From NCBI RefSeq assembly GCF_009914755.1, contig NC_060932.1: a DNA stretch of 64,000 nt; one strand, written 5' to 3'. The position numbers and the translations under genes are program-made. Shown piece after piece: positions 62,071-64,000 of the stretch (positions within the stretch are counted from its first letter, which is position 1; each line of letters begins with the position of its first letter). This stretch comes from the human T2T-CHM13v2.0 reference genome, Homo sapiens. The notes beneath the pieces were generated by a model. That model saw only the letters and a program-made list of their open reading frames with translations. It was not told the origin of the DNA and did not search any database.

Positions 62071-63103
62071 TGAAGGGGTGGCCTGCCCCTCCACACCTGT
62101 GGGTGTTTCTAGTCGGGTGGGATGAGAGACGGAGAAAAGAAATAAGACACAGAGACAAAGTATAGGGAGACAACAGTGGGTCCAGGGGACCGGCACTCAG
62201 CACACCTAGGACCTGCACCGGCACCGGCCTCTGAGTTCCCTCAGTTTTTATTGATTATGATTTTCATTATTTCAGCACAAAGGAATGCAGTAGGGGAGCA
62301 GGGTGATAATAAGGGGAAGGTCAACAACAACAACAAAAAACAAACACGTGAGCAAAAGAATCCATATCATTATTAAGTTCAAGGGAAGGTACTATGCCTG
62401 GACGTGCACGTAGGCCAGATTTATGTTTCTCTCCACACAAATATCTCAGCGGAGTAAAGAATAACAAGGCAGCATTACTGCCAACATGTCTCGCCTCCCG
62501 CCACAGGGCAGCTTTTCTCCGAGCTCAGAGTTGAACAAATGTACGATCGGGCTTTACACCGAGACATTCAGTTCCCAGGGGCAAGCAGGAGACAGTGGCC
62601 TTCCTCCATCTGAACTGCAAGAGGCGTTCCTCTTTGACTAATCCACCTCAGCACAGACCCATTGCGGGTGTCAGGCTGGGGGACATTCAGGACTTTCCCA
62701 TCCCACGAGGCCACATTTCAGACTGTCACATGGGGAGAAACCTTGGACAATACCCTGCTTTCAAGGGCAGAGGTCCCTGTGGCTTTCCACGGTGCATTGC
62801 GCCCCTGGTTTATTGAGACTAGAGAATGGCAATGACTTCTACCAAGTATACTGCTCGTAAACATTTGGTTAACAAGGCGCGTCCTGCACAGCCCTAGATC
62901 CCTTAAACCTCGATTTTATACAACACAGGTTTTTGTGAGCTCCAAGTTGGGTCAAAGGAAGGGGCTTCGGGAAAGCTACAAATGATCAACATCTCAGTAA
63001 AGCAATTGTTTAAAGTACAGGTCTTTTTCAAAATGGAGTCTCTTATGTCTTCCCCTTCTACATAGACACAGTGACAGTCTGATCTCTCTTTCTTTACCCT
63101 ACA
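62071..63103 (-). mobile_element. LTR5A-like solo LTR, TSD TCCAAG
   Basis: Same termini and TSD; carries a mosaic of variants plus private ones. Confidence 0.92.
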
Positions 63104-64000
63104 TCCAAGGGCTTGAACATTTCTTGACTTGTTGGCAATCCAAATCGTTACGTCTCCGAAACAGAGTTGACTGAGGGGACCGCAGGGCTGGGCAGGACCT
63201 TTGACTTCCTATACATCCACAGGAGCAAGAAAACCTCAGCCCCACTCTACCAACACGCACCTAGTAAAATTCCGCCAACCGAATCTCACGCACGCTAACA
63301 CGTGGGGAGCGTTGCTTGAACCACGAGTCCCCATTTGGCTCAACCGCCGATGCCAAGTGTGTGGTTCCAGTTGCGACGGCCCCCCGTGAAGTGGCTTCCG
63401 GATGTGCGAATGAACCAGGCAGAGTTTCACTGGCCAAATAGACCCCAGCAAAGCTGAAGTTAACTCCCACATTTGGGATGTACTTCAGAGGTAAAACATT
63501 CATCCCGTCTTCTTTCCGGATGTCTGACACCATGGTTCTCCCCCTGATCCTAAGAGTAGCTGAGGCAGAGACTCACTGAAAGATCTAGGCGGGGATATCC
63601 CATCATGCACAGGCTCTCTCCATTCTCTGACCTGGGAACAACTCTCAGCAGGATTCCACATCTAGGAGGCCTCGGAACTCAGCGGGATTTTCTGAGACAC
63701 ACCAACTGGCTGCTCCCTTTCCGCCGCTGTTGAGGGTCGTTATCTTGATTATCCAGATCAACTAGAAAGTATCCGTATCCAGAATGAATAAGATCAACTC
63801 TCTGCTCCTCTGACAGCAGAAGGAGCAGGACCATAAGGAACCAAAGAGCGTGGAAGGAAACAATGTGACAGGAAAGCTCAGAGAACGGCCACAGGGGGTC
63901 GTCAGCAGGCCTTCCAACCTGAATCATGAATAATTAATGAAGCGCAAATCAAAGGGGACTCGAGTTTCAGCAGGAGCAATCCATCCAACCGGAGATCGCC

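Larger units (their letters stand above)
1..64000 (+). repeat. FAM90A macrosatellite / tandem gene array, unit ~7,648 bp, ~8.4 units, head-to-tail
   Basis: Stop codons recur at 277, 7925, 15568, 23216, 30864, 38512, 46160, 53808 and 61456 (spacing 7648, except 7643 once). Every ORF in the track recurs with this period, and units differ only by scattered SNPs and tiny indels. Confidence 0.99.

Noticed and set aside
1-64000. CRISPR array, prokaryotic system, tRNA or rRNA genes
   Set aside because: No short repeat-spacer structure or RNA-gene signature; the sequence is a spliced primate gene array.

Overview
The whole window is a head-to-tail tandem array of a ~7.65-kb unit (period 7,648 bp; one interval is 7,643 bp), about 8.4 units in all. 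It is the primate FAM90A gene cluster, most likely human 8p23.1. Each unit carries: (i) a + strand FAM90A gene whose 4 coding exons (123+200+109+963 nt) splice to an intact 464-aa ORF, in 8 complete copies plus the 3' end of a ninth; (ii) an AATAAA poly(A) signal followed 68 bp later by a - strand HERV-K(HML-2) LTR5A-type solo LTR (1,033-1,034 bp) with a 6-bp TCCAAG target-site duplication; (iii) a compact promoter with a perfect DUX4-type motif (TAACCTAATCA), paired-homeodomain palindromes and a TATA box. Main points of interest: the TATA box is dimorphic (TATAAAA in 4 copies, TATGAAA in 4); the last intron has a GC donor in every copy; the protein pairs a TAF1-like zinc knuckle with an AF4/EAF-like DLxLS + acidic serine tail, suggesting an amplified, DUX4-switchable transcription cofactor (inference); and the variants between copies suggest stepwise and possibly 3-unit higher-order expansion plus a recombinant copy. 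Most other ORFs in the track are incidental GC-rich frames repeated with the unit. Family comparisons are from memory; no alignments or searches were run.
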